Positions 41,058-52,362 of a stretch of DNA of 64,000 nucleotides are shown piece after piece. The DNA is taken from positions 1-64,000 of the forward strand of contig NIVC01001685.1 of NCBI GenBank assembly GCA_002269645.1, read 5' to 3'. Below the pieces are notes generated by a model. It searched no databases. It saw only the letters and a program-made list of their open reading frames with translations, and was not told the DNA's origin. The first letter of the stretch is position 1. Every line of letters begins with the position of its first letter. The translations under genes and the position numbers were made by a program. This DNA comes from Macrostomum lignano. Taxonomy: Eukaryota.

Positions 41058-42160
41058 TTAGAAAAATCGCCCCAATCTCAGCCCATAGAAAAATCGCCCC
41101 AATCTCAGCCCATAGAAAAATCGCCCCAATCTCAGCCCATAGACAAATCGCCCCAATCTCAACCCTAGAAAAATCGCCGCAATCTCAGCCCATAGACAAA
41201 TCGCCCCAATCTCAACCCTAGAAAAATCGCCGCAATCTCAGCCCATAGAAAAATCGCCCCAATCTCAACCCTAGAAAAATCGCCGCAATCTCAGCCCATA
41301 GACAAATCGCCCCAATCTCAACCCTAGAAAAATCGCCGCAATCTCAGCCCATAGAAAAATCGCCCCAATCTCAACCCTAGAAAAATCGCCGCAATCTCAG
41401 CCCATAGAAAAATCGCCCCAATCTCAGCCCATAGAAAAATCGCCCCAATCTCAGCCCATAGAAAATCGCCCCAATCTCAACCCTAGAAAAATCGCCGCAA
41501 TCTCAGCCCATAGAAAAATCGCCCCAATCTCAGCCCTAGAAAAATCGCCGCAATCTCAGCCCATAGAAAATCGCCCCAATCTCAACCCTAGAAAAATCGC
41601 CGCAATCTCAGCCCATAGAAAATCGCCCCAATCTCAACCCTAGAAAAATCGCCGCAATCTCAGCCCATAGACAAATCGCCCCAATCTCAACCCTAGAAAA
41701 ATCGCCGCAATCTCAGCCCATAGACAAATCGCCCCAATCTCAACCCTAGAAAAATCGCCGCAATCTCAGCCCATAGACAAATCGCCCCAATCTCAACCCT
41801 AGAAAAATCGCCGCAATCTCAGCCCATAGAAAAATCGCCCCAATCTCAACCCTAGAAAAATCGCCGCAATCTCAGCCCATAGAAAAATCGCCCAATCTCA
41901 GCCCATAGAAAAATCGCCCCAATCTCAGCCCATAGAAAAATCGCCCAATCTCAACCCTAGAAAAATCGCCGCAATCTCAGCCCATAGAAAAATCGCCGCA
42001 ATCTCAGCCCATAGAGAAATCGCACCAATCTCAGCCCATAGAGAAATCGCACCAATCTCAGCCCTTGGAAAAATCGCCCCAATGTCAGCCCTAGGAAAAA
42101 TCGGCCCAATCTCAGCCCTAGAAAAATCGCTCCAAAGTCAACTAAAAAAATCGCCCTAAT
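41058..42160. repeat. 27-bp minisatellite AAAAATCGCCCCAATCTCAGCCCATAG between PI4KA and EBP2
   Basis: Directly visible tandem array. Confidence 0.95.
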
Positions 42161-42204
42161 GTGCCCGCTCAATCCTTAACCACCGCGACTCCGCAGCAAT
42201 AACA

Positions 42205-45200
42205 ATGGACCTCAGCGATGCCAGCGGTGCCAGCGATTCAGACGAGGACCTGCGCGAAGCCGTCGCCCTGGCCGGGCCTGGGCTGTTCGTTCAGAACGAG
42301 CGCTCGCACGTGTGCGACACGGCCGGCCTGACTGCCAGACTGGCCGAGTTCAGCCAGGCCGACTCTCTGCCTTGGATCGAGCGGCTGGACGTACTGTGCG
42401 AGCCGGCGCCTGCGGCTGTGCCGGGAAGCGAGCTGGATTTCGATCCTAAGACTGTGAGCGGCTTTTGGCTTGCTTGTTTGCGTGTGGTAGGGTTAGCGAG
42501 GTCTAAGGGAGGTGTGGGATTAGTCTAGGGAGGTGTGTGCATTGGTATAGAGGGGTGTGTGATTAGTCTATAGAAGAGGTCTGGAATTAGTCTAGGGAGG
42601 TGGGATTAGTCTAGGGAGGTGTGTGATTAGTCTATAGAGAGGGTGGGATTAGTCTAGGGAGGTAAGGTTAGTCTAGGGAGAGGTGTGGGATTAGTCTAGT
42701 GAGGGTGTGGGATTAGTCTATTGAGGGTGTGGGATTAGTCTATAGAAATGTGTGGTATTAGTCTATAGAGAGGTGTAGGATTAGTCTACGGAGGTGTCGG
42801 ATTAGTCTATGGAGGGTGTGGGATTAGTCTATGGAGGGTGGAGGGTGTGGGATTAGTCTATGGAGGGTGTGGGATTAGTCTAGGGAGGTGTGAGGTTTGT
42901 CTATAGAGAGGTGTGGGATTAGTCTATAGAGAGGTGTGGGATTAGTCTATAGAGAGGTGTGGTATTAGTCTATAGAGAGGTGTGGGATTAGTCTATAGAG
43001 AGGTGTGGTATTAGTCTATAGTGAGGTGTGGGATTTGTCTATAGAGAGGTGTGGGATTAGTCTATAGAGAGGTGTGGGATTAGTCTATAGAGAGGTGTGA
43101 GCTTAGTCTATAGAGAGATGTGGGATTAGTCTACTGAGGTGTGGGATTAGTCTATGGAGGGTGTAGGATTAGTCTAGAGAGGTGTGGGATTAGTCTATGT
43201 GTATATGTATCAGATAGTATCTATGCGAAATTTGCGCATTTTAGTTATCACCGGCCATCTCCCACCCATCTCAGGTTGACGCCCGAGATGACTTCAAGCG
43301 CGAGCTGCTGTTCTATCGGCTGGCCCAGTCGGCCGCCGCTGACGGCCTCAGCCGGCTGAAAGCCGAAGGTGTCCCAACTAAAAGGCCGGACGACTACCTG
43401 GCCGAGATGGTGAAATCTGACGATCACATGGCACGGGTGCGATCGAATCTGGTTGCTAAGCAGCAGGATCTGCAGGCTAGAGAGAAGGCTAAGGAGTTGC
43501 GGCAGCAGCGCAAGTTTGCCAAGCAGGCTCAGGTTGAGGCGCAGCTCAAAAAGCAGGCCGAGAAGAAGCAGTTCACCGAGGCGATTAAGAAGATTAAGAA
43601 GAAGGGCGTTGGCGCTGAGGATTTGGAAGGTGCGGATTGGGGATTTTTGGGGATCTGTATTGTTTGGGGATTGGAATTAACCATTGGGTGGGATCTGGTT
43701 TAGGGATGGGATCTGGTGTGGGGGATGGGATCTGGTGTGGGGGATGGGATCTGGTGTGGGGATGGGATCTGGTGCGGGGATGGGATCTGGTGTGGGGTGT
43801 GATCTGGTGTGGGGGATGGTATCTGGTGTGGGGGATGGTGTCTGGTGTGGGGGATGGTATCTGGTGTGGGGGATGGTATCTGGTGTGGGTGTGGGGGATG
43901 GGATCTGGTGTGGGGGATGGGATCTGGTGTGGGGGATGCGATCTGGTGTGGGGGATGGTATCTGGTGTGGGGGATGGTATCTGGTGTGGGGGATGGGATC
44001 TGGTGTGGGGGATGGTATCTGGTGTGGGGGATGGTATCTGGTGTGGGGGATGGTATCTGGTGTGGGGGATGGTATCTGGTGTGGGGGATGGTATCTGGTG
44101 TGGGGGATGGTATCTGGTGTGGGGGATGGGATCTGGTGTGGGGGATGCGATCTGGTGTGGGGGATGGTATCTGGTGTGGGGGATGGTATCTGGTGTGGGG
44201 GATGGGATCTGGTGTGGGAGATGGGATCTGGTGTGGGGGATGCGATCTGGTGCGGGGATGGGATCTGGTGCGGGGATGGGATCTGGTGCGGGGATGGGAT
44301 CTGGTGCGGGGATGGGATCTGGTGTGGGGGTGTGATCTGGTGCGGGGATGGGATCTGGTGCGGGGATGGGATCTGGTGCGGGGATGGGATCTGGTGCGGG
44401 GATGGGATCTGGTGTGGGGGTGTGATCTGGTGCGGGGATGGGATCTGGTGTGGGGATGGTATCTGGTGTGGGGGATGGAATCTGGTGTGGGGGATGGTAT
44501 CTGGTGTGGGGGATGGAATCTGGTGTGGGGGATGGAATCTGGTGTGGGGGATGGAATCTGGTGTGGGGGATGGAATCTGGTGTGGGGGATGGAATCTGGT
44601 GTGGGGGATGGAATCTGGTGTGGGGGATGGAATCTGGTGTGGGGGATGGAATCTGGTGTGGGGGATGGAATCTGGTATGGAATGGGATCTGGTATAGGGG
44701 ATGTGATCTGGTGCGGGGATAGGATCAGGTGTGGGAATGGGATCTGGCGTGGGAATGGGATCTGGTGTGGGAATGAGATCTGGTGTGGCGATAGGATCTG
44801 ATAAGTTGAAATGGTTTGTAGTGAAATGGTGAGATTTATTTGCATTGGCATGGGATTTTAAGGTTTCTAAAAATCTGAACCCATTGCTCACCAACTACTC
44901 AGGCATGCTGAGCGGCAAGAGGCGGGTTGGCAAGCCGGAGGGCCTTGAAGACACGCCAATCATGCACAAGCAGCAGCAGCAGAAAGGCGGCAATGCGCGC
45001 CGGTCAAACAAGAAACGCGACTACAAGAACCAGAAATTCGGCTTTGGCGGGCAGAAGAAGCGGTCAAAGTACAATACGAAAGACAGCGCCAGGAGCTTCA
45101 GCGGGTTCAACACTGCCAAGCACGGGGCCACCGCGAAAAAGGCAGCGAAGTTTAAAGTGCAGAATCAGAAAAAGTCCAAGGGAGGCGGCGGAGGTTTTGG

Positions 45201-45237
45201 AAAGAACAAGAACAAGAGCCGCGGCAGGAAGCGTTAA
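42205..45237 (+). CDS. EBNA1BP2: rRNA-processing protein EBP2 (EBNA1-binding protein 2 homolog), 3 exons, 312 aa
   Basis: Exons 42205-42453, 43275-43629, 44903-45237 (939 nt, phase-compatible). Motifs LPWIERLDV, DDFKRELLFY, KRPDDYLAEMVKSDDHM, KRDYKNQKFGFGGQKKRSKYNT. Confidence 0.93.
42500..43200. repeat. 23-bp minisatellite GGATTAGTCTATAGAGAGGTGTG (EBP2 intron 1)
   Basis: Directly visible tandem array. Confidence 0.9.
43685..44800. repeat. 18/19-bp G-rich minisatellite TGGTGTGGGGGATGGTATC (EBP2 intron 2)
   Basis: Directly visible tandem array; source of spurious Trp/Gly and Pro/His ORFs. Confidence 0.95.
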
Positions 45238-45639
45238 CTTCAGACTGACAACTAATGGCCTACGTGTATAAAGTATATTGTTTGCGAAAATAATTCATTA
45301 ATTATAGTTCTGTTCGCGCTGGCATTTCAATGCTCAACATATGCTGGCATTTTTTTGTGTGGCGGACCGATTTTGTCGGAAAAAAGAAGTGTTAGTTTTT
45401 TTCCTTTGATTTTGTAACTTCATGATGAATTACTGCCCAAGTTAGATAAGATTTCTACATAGTGTTCCTTGGTAAGCGCAAGCACCTTACATGTACATTT
45501 AACTGCGTACTAACCGCAATCAATTCTGCTTAACTCTAATTAATCTTCCAATCTTCTATATTATAGTGTAAGTTCTTGATCTAGACTACTGAGAGTAGAA
45601 ATGTAAGCAACTATGGCCGTTTTATACAATTTTTTAAAA

Positions 45640-45969
45640 AGCTACTACTTCTACTACGACTACTACTACTACTACTGCTACTACGACTACTACTACTACT
45701 GCTACTACGACTACTACTACTGCTACTACGACTACTACTACTGCTACTACGACTACTACTACTACTACTACTACGACTACTACTACTGCTACTACGACTA
45801 CTACTACTACTACTACGACTACTACTACTACTGCTACTACGACTACTACTACTACTACTACTGCTACTACGACTACTACTACTACTACTACGACTACTAC
45901 TACTACTACTACTAATACTACTACTAATACTACTACTACTACGACGACTACTACTACTACTACTACCAC

Positions 45970-46002
<33 letters not shown>

Positions 46003-46017
46003 GACTACTACTACTTC
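45640..46017. repeat. (TAC/GAC/TGC)n trinucleotide microsatellite
   Basis: Directly visible; gives spurious poly-Tyr and poly-Val ORFs. Confidence 0.97.
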
Positions 46018-46131
46018 ATATTCCCCATAGATTCCCCATAAAATCCCCAATAAGAATCCGATAAAAATCCCCATAAGATCTGTGATTAAGAATCCCCATA
46101 AAAATCCCCATAATTACTAATACTATTGCTG

Positions 46132-46163
<32 letters not shown>

Positions 46164-46317
46164 ATTATTATTATTAAAAGCCCGAAAATTTAAAAATAAA
46201 AATAAAAATTTCAGACAAGCAAGTGTCCCTAAAAGGGCCGTTTTATGACTGATTTTGAAAAGATGCTGCATTATCAGTAAATTTGTTTTTTCAATCCCTT
46301 TCATGCCCCAGCACGCA

Positions 46318-49300
46318 ATGACCTCTTCAGCTGATAACAGCAAAGAGCAGAGCACGACTGCTGGGGTCGCACAGCAGCCGCAGCCTCTGCCAGCATTGAA
46401 TAACGTGCCACCAGAAGCTGTACCTCTGACTGAGGATGGTGGCGTCTTCAAATTGATTTTAAACAGAGAAGAGTCTTCTACTACTGGTGGTGCTACTACT
46501 ATTAGTAATACAGAACAATTGCCAGCCGCCGATGCCAGCTTGCTGAGACCGAATCCGGGAGACTGGGTGACGGTGCACTGGACTGGCCGCTATTTTGGCG
46601 GGCCTCGGGATGGCCAGGTCTATAGCTCAACCCGCGGAGACAGCCAGGATGGCGCTGGGGAGGGCGTCACTTTTAAATTGGATAATGGTTGGTCTGGATT
46701 AAACTTGTCGTTATTATTGTGTTTTTACTAATAAGTCTTCGATAGGCTGTCATAGGAATTCTTATGAAAATTGCCATGAAAATACCTAAAAGAATCCCCA
46801 TCATATTTCTATAAGATCTCCATAAAAATTTCCCATAGAGACCCCGACCCCATAATATTCCCCATAAGATTTCTTGAAATTTCCCATAAGAATCCCCATA
46901 TTTAAGAGTCTCCAAGAGTCCCATAGAAATCACTATTAGGTTCCCGGTAAGATTCTCCATAAATTTCCCCATTAGAATCCACATAAGAGTCACCATAGGA
47001 ATCCCCATAAGAATCTCCCTGAGAATCCCCATACGAATCTCCCTGAGAGTTCCTCAAGAATCCCCATAAGTTTCCCCGTTAGATTCTCCATTATATTCTT
47101 CAATAGATTCCCCATTAGATTCCCCAATAAATTCTCCATTACTTCCCCATATCTGATTGTCGGGAAAGTTCTTTTACATGTACATTCCAGAACATTCTAT
47201 TTGTGCTTGTTCTTGGAAAATTCTGGAAAATTCTCGATGTAATGTGCATATAAATAGTGAATAGTCTGAGTGAATAGTGTGCATACAAAAACTACAATAG
47301 ACTACATTCTTTGCTCGACTATCTGAAATGGCAAAAAATACTCTTCTCTCGAAAGACCTGCAGCGCGTGCTGCTTCTCTACGACTTTCGCTCTGGCAAGA
47401 GTGCGAGCCAGTCGGCCACCGACATCAATGCTGCATTTGGTGCGGGAACCCTCACTCGTCAGACTGCCAACAATTGGTTCAGGCGATTCAAAGATGGGGA
47501 TGAGGGCCTCGAAGACAAGCCCCGCAGTGGCCGGCCGGCAGAGCTCGACGACGGTGCACTTGAGCAGCTGCTTGAGTGGGACACCCGGCAGACTACGCGT
47601 GAGCTGGCCGCACAGCTGGGTGTGCATCACTCTACTGTTGCCGACCACCTTCACCGTCTGAACAAGAAGCCAAAGCTGGGATGTTGGGTGCCCCACCAGC
47701 TGAACGCCACTGACATGGACCGGCGCATTGAGGCCGCCCTCACCATGCTCTCCCGATCTCGCCGTCCGGATTGGCTGGACAATGTGGTGACAGGTGACGA
47801 AAAATGGTGCCTCTACGTCAACATCCGACGCAAGCGACAGTGGGTCGATTCTGATGCAAAGCCAGAGCGAGAGGCCAAGGCTGAGCTGCACCCCAAGAAG
47901 GTCATGCTTTCAGTCTTCTGGGACACGAAAGGAATAATAATGTGGGAGCTGCTGCCGAAGAACAAGAGCATCAATGCTGCCTTCTACCAGGAGCAGCTTG
48001 AGCGCCTGCAGCAGAAGCTGGCTGAGGTGCGCCCTGAACGTCGCCGGGTCATCTTGCTGCACGATAACGCACCTGCGCACAAGGCACAGTCGACCCGTCA
48101 GAAGCTGCTCGAGCTGGGCTGGGAGATTCTTCCCCATCCACCGTACAGCCCAGATCTTGCACCCACTGATTATCACCTGTTTGCCGCCCTCGACCGTTCT
48201 ATGGCCGGCAAGGAGTTCAACGACGAGGACGACCTGAAGACCCACCTGACAAACTTCTTCGAGGGCCAGCGCCCAGAGTTCTACAGCCAGGGCATCCGCT
48301 CCTTGCACACACGCTGGCAGAGGGTTATTGACCATGATGGTTACTACATTTAAGATTGATAAACCCGTTGTACAGAAAAGTGTTACATTTAATAAACTTC
48401 TGACAAATGTAAAAAAAATTTCCCAACAATCAGATAGATTCCCCATTATATTCCCCAATAGGTTCCCCAATATATTTCCCAATATATTCTCCAATAGTGC
48501 CCCAGTATATTTCCCATTAGATTTCCAAAAAGAATTCCCATAAGTTTTCCCATTATCCCTATAAGAATCCCCATTAATTCCCTCATAAAAATTAACTTCT
48601 TCCATTAGATACCTTAAAGAATCCCATAAGAACTTCCTAAGCATTTCAATAGAATCCACACAAGAATTTTCATATTAAATTGAATATCGAGTCATTTATG
48701 AATCTTATTTATCATCACAAATGCCAAACTTGCTACTTACTAACAATCGATTTGCAGTGAGTAGTATGAAAGGTTCATTTTTAACATTCGCAGGCGAATC
48801 CCTCAAAGCCCTGGAGCTCTGCTTGCCCACAATGCAGCGAGGCCAGCTGTGCCGCCTGTACGCCAGAAGCGACTACGCATTCGGCGATGAAACAGACGAC
48901 CATTCAGGCTGCTGCAACGGCTCCTGCAAGTCTTCTGCTTCTGCCGCCACTGCAACTGCTGCTTCCGGCCGCTGCGCTGGACCGAATGCCGATGTTGTCA
49001 TGGATGTGGAGCTGATTGACTGGCGGGGAGACGACATATCGGCGAATAAGAATGGCAGCCTGCTGCGGAGCGTGGCCAGGCATGGGGAAGGTTAGTATTA
49101 TTAGTAGTAGTGTGTGTGTCCTCTATTCTCTAAAAATGTAACCCTCTATTTAGGCGCTATAGAAAACTTGCAATTATCAGTCACCAACGTGACGACTCTC
49201 TTCTGGCCTGAGAATAAATTAGTCTCAGATTTATTTATAGAGAATCGCCCCTGACCCCCATAGAGAATCGCCCCTGACACCCCAAAGAGAATCGCCCCCG

Positions 49301-51614
49301 ACACACCATAGAGAATCACCCTGACCCCCATAGAGAATCGCCCCCGACACGCCATAGAGAATCGCCCCCGACATCCCATAGAGAATCGCCCCTGACATCC
49401 CATAGAGAATCGCCCCTGACATCCCATAAAGAATCGCTCTGACCTCATACGGAATCGCTCATGACAACTGTAAAGAATCGCTCACATAACAATGCCACAT
49501 TCCCACAATCGCCAGGATTCGTGAACCCCACCCTGGGCAGTCAAGTCACGGTGAAGTTGCGCGGCTTTCAAATTCTTCAATCGCCTGCTAATCAATTGAA
49601 AGAGTTCCTGCCATCCAAGCAGCTGGAGTTCTAACTCGGGGACACGCTTCCCCCAGCTGAGGGATATTGCCCAGGCATTGAGGCTGCTCTGTGCAAAATG
49701 TACAAGTCCGAACTGGCCAATATCTGGCTGTTGGATTTCAGTGAGCTCGGCTTTGGAGCCGAAGGCTGTGCGGATCTGTCTGTGCCTCCGAATGCGAATC
49801 TGGTTTATCAGATCGAACTGCTGGATTTTGTTAAACCGAAAGAAGTCTGGCAGCTGAATCGGCTGGAGAAAATTGCTGAGGCCGAGTCTGCCAAGGCCAG
49901 GAGTGTCGCCTGCTTGACTGCCGGCAACCTGCGGCTGGCCTTTGTGCACTGCAAACGGGTTTGTTGCCTGCCTTTTGTTTCTGGGGAGTTAGGGGCGATT
50001 TTCTTTGGGATCAGGGGTGATTCTAACTATGGGTGTCGGTGGCGATTATGTAGGGGTCCGGGCGATTCTCTGTCAGGAGCGATTCTCTATGGGGTCAGGG
50101 GCCATTCTCTATGGGGTCAAGGCGATTCTCTATGGGTGTCAGGGGCCATTCTCTATGGGGTCAGGGCGATTCTCTATCAGGGGCGATTCTCTATGGGTGT
50201 CAGGGGCCATTCTCTATGGGGTCAGGGCCATTCTCTATGGGGGTCAGGAATGGAAAGATTCTATACTGGGTCAGGGACGACTCTCGGCTATCATCTATGG
50301 GGGTCAGGGCGATTCTCTATCAGGGGCGATTCTCTATGGGTGTCAGGGGCCATTCTCTATGGGGTCAGGGCCATTCTCTATGGGGGTCAGGAATGGAAAG
50401 ATTCTATACTGGGTCAGGGACGACTCTCGGCTATTCTCTATGGGGGTCAGGGGCAATTTGTTTGGGTCTGGGGCGTTTCTCTATCGAGGTCACGGATGAT
50501 CATTTATGGTGGTCATGGGCGATTATCTGTGGGTTCAAGGCGATTGTTTATGTGCGTCTCAATGATTTGGTCCCCACTCTCACCGCCCCTCTCACGCATC
50601 TCTCATCCCCAGGTGGTCGACTACCTGGAGTGGGACGCGGATTTCCAAGGCGACGCGGATCTGCAGGCCCAGCGCCATCGCCTGTTGCTGGCCGGCCGGC
50701 TCAACCTCGCACTGGCCTGTCTGAAAACCCGCCGATTTCAGCAGGCGGTCACTCAGTGCTCAGCAGTGCTGGAGAAACTGGACTCAAAGAATGAGAAGGC
50801 TCTGTACAGGCGGGGTCAGGCTCGGCTGGAGACTTGCGACTTTGATTTGGCTGCGGAAGATTTTCGAGCTTGTTTAGCTGTGAATTCGAGTAATTCGGCT
50901 GCCAAGGCGGGCTTGCAGAGAGCTCTGGATGGGGCCAAGCAAGTGGAGCAGCGGGAGAGGCGGCGGTTTGCTGGCATGTTTGATCGGTTCGCTCAGCAGG
51001 ATGCGAAGGTATGGCCTGTTTCTTGTGTGCCTCTGATAGGTTCTGTGTAATCCCTGACCGATTCTGTGTGATCCTGACCGATTCTGTGTGATCCTGACCG
51101 ATTCTGTGTGATCCTGACCGATTCTGTGTGATCCTGACCGATTCTGTGTGATCCTGACCGATTCTGTGTGATCCTGACGGATTCTGTGTGATCCTGACCG
51201 ATTCTGTATGATCCTGACCGATTCTGTGTGATCCTGACCGATTCTGTGTGATCCTGACCGATTCTGTGTGATCCTGACCGATTCTGTGTGATCCTGACCG
51301 ATTCAGTGTGATCCTGACCGATTCCGTGTTATCATCCCTAACGGATTATGTGTGATGCCCATTTTTTGTGGGTATCTGTATATTTGCTTACCGATATGTA
51401 TCGAAAATACATATGCAATCCGCCTACGCAGAACAAGCCGGGCGGAGACGAGTTCGCCGGGTCGGATTTCACCATAGACACCTGGGACAACAGTCTGGCT
51501 GATGGCATGCTGAGCATCCCGCAGGAGCTGGAGGCATTCGGCGAGGAAATGCCACAAAAGAAGCGGTCAGGCGGAGGCGTCAGTGCCATTGCAGAGTGCA
51601 AGGACGAGAACTAA
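46318..51614 (+). CDS. FKBP4/FKBP5-type immunophilin (two FKBP domains plus TPR), 5 exons; in-frame TAA at 49632-49634 (possible pseudogene or error)
   Basis: Exons 46318-46687, 48794-49090, 49516-49958, 50613-51008, 51432-51614 (1689 nt, phase-compatible). Motifs TEDGGVFKLIL, PGDWVTVHWTG, ALELCLPTM..SDYAFG, VPPNANLVYQIELLDF, LNLALACLK, KNEKALYRRGQA. Confidence 0.85.
47152..48434 (+). mobile_element. Full-length mariner element (1283 bp) in FKBP intron 1
   Basis: TA TSD at 47150-47151 and 48435-48436. 28-bp TIRs TCTGATTGTCGGGAAAGTTCTTTTACAT and rc TCTGATTGTTGGGAAATTTTTTTTACAT (3 mismatches). Confidence 0.95.
47328..48353 (+). CDS. Mariner DD34D transposase, uninterrupted 341 aa (resembles the cecropia/Hsmar1 group)
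   Basis: HTH region, WVPHQL, TGDEKW, HPKKVML, HDNAP, YSPDLAPTDY. There are 34 residues between D2 and D3. Confidence 0.95.
   Translation: MAKNTLLSKDLQRVLLLYDFRSGKSASQSATDINAAFGAGTLTRQTANNWFRRFKDGDEGLEDKPRSGRPAELDDGALEQLLEWDTRQTTRELAAQLGVHHSTVADHLHRLNKKPKLGCWVPHQLNATDMDRRIEAALTMLSRSRRPDWLDNVVTGDEKWCLYVNIRRKRQWVDSDAKPEREAKAELHPKKVMLSVFWDTKGIIMWELLPKNKSINAAFYQEQLERLQQKLAEVRPERRRVILLHDNAPAHKAQSTRQKLLELGWEILPHPPYSPDLAPTDYHLFAALDRSMAGKEFNDEDDLKTHLTNFFEGQRPEFYSQGIRSLHTRWQRVIDHDGYYI
49240..49485 (+). repeat. ~24-bp minisatellite CATAGAGAATCGCCCCTGACACCC (FKBP intron 2)
   Basis: About ten visible units. Confidence 0.9.
49991..50530 (-). repeat. Reverse-complement copy of the same ~24-bp minisatellite (FKBP intron 3)
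   Basis: Units such as GGCGATTCTCTATGGGTGTCAGGGG are the rc of the intron-2 unit. Confidence 0.88.
51050..51330. repeat. 20-bp minisatellite GATCCTGACCGATTCTGTGT (FKBP intron 4)
   Basis: Directly visible tandem array. Confidence 0.95.
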
Positions 51615-52362
51615 GCTGTGGCATGGATAGTAACTATGAGGATTTGCGTTCATTTAGTCACCTGGATAGTGACTTGAGCAATATTGCTGCATTTATGTGT
51701 AATTAGGGAGCCCGACTCGCATCGCCAACAGGCAGAATGTGCCATCATTCATTTCTGACGACTCCTTGCTGATAATTTTGCGTTTCTATTGCCTGTAAGA
51801 CTGTCTTGCTTTGTGTTTTAAAAGTAAATAAACGTCATTTTTTATACCTGGCAGTACAGATTTTATTTTATGCTCAAGGATTTAGAATTCGATCATTTTT
51901 CTTTAGCATTTAGTGTTAGTTCTAGTAGTTATTAGTTACCACTACTAAATTACTACTTACTACTGATACTACTACTACTGCTGCTACTACTGCTACTACT
52001 AATACCACTGCCAACAGCACACAAACAGCATTAAAAGTTTTTTAATTATGAAAAGATGTACAAAAAAGCTTAGGAAAGCGGTGGCACAGGCCCAAAGTGT
52101 TGTAGATACTCGTAAAACGCATTTTGCATACTCTTGAAAAAACACAATAGTGAATTTGTTGCTTGAGACTAACATCCAGAATTGCTGCTTCAGATCAATC
52201 AAGTCTTGAAAAGATTCGGTAACCTCATTGATCAGCCAGCGACCCACTCGTATCTGTAGTACAACTTTGATCTAATTCCAGTCGCAAAAGCACACCCAGA
52301 GCACTCAAGTGAAGACTAAAACTTGGAAAAAACGAAAACATTTAAAAGTGAAATCCTCTGCC

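Noticed and set aside
43637-44894. Several 230-405-aa Trp/Gly- or Pro/His-rich ORFs
   Set aside because: Artefacts of the G-rich array in EBP2 intron 2.
45613-46074. Poly-Tyr and poly-Val ORFs
   Set aside because: (TAC)n microsatellite.
49698-51050. 450-aa ORF read as a single FKBP exon
   Set aside because: It reads through the stop-free intron-3 minisatellite; conserved sequence stops at donor 49958 and resumes at acceptor 50613.
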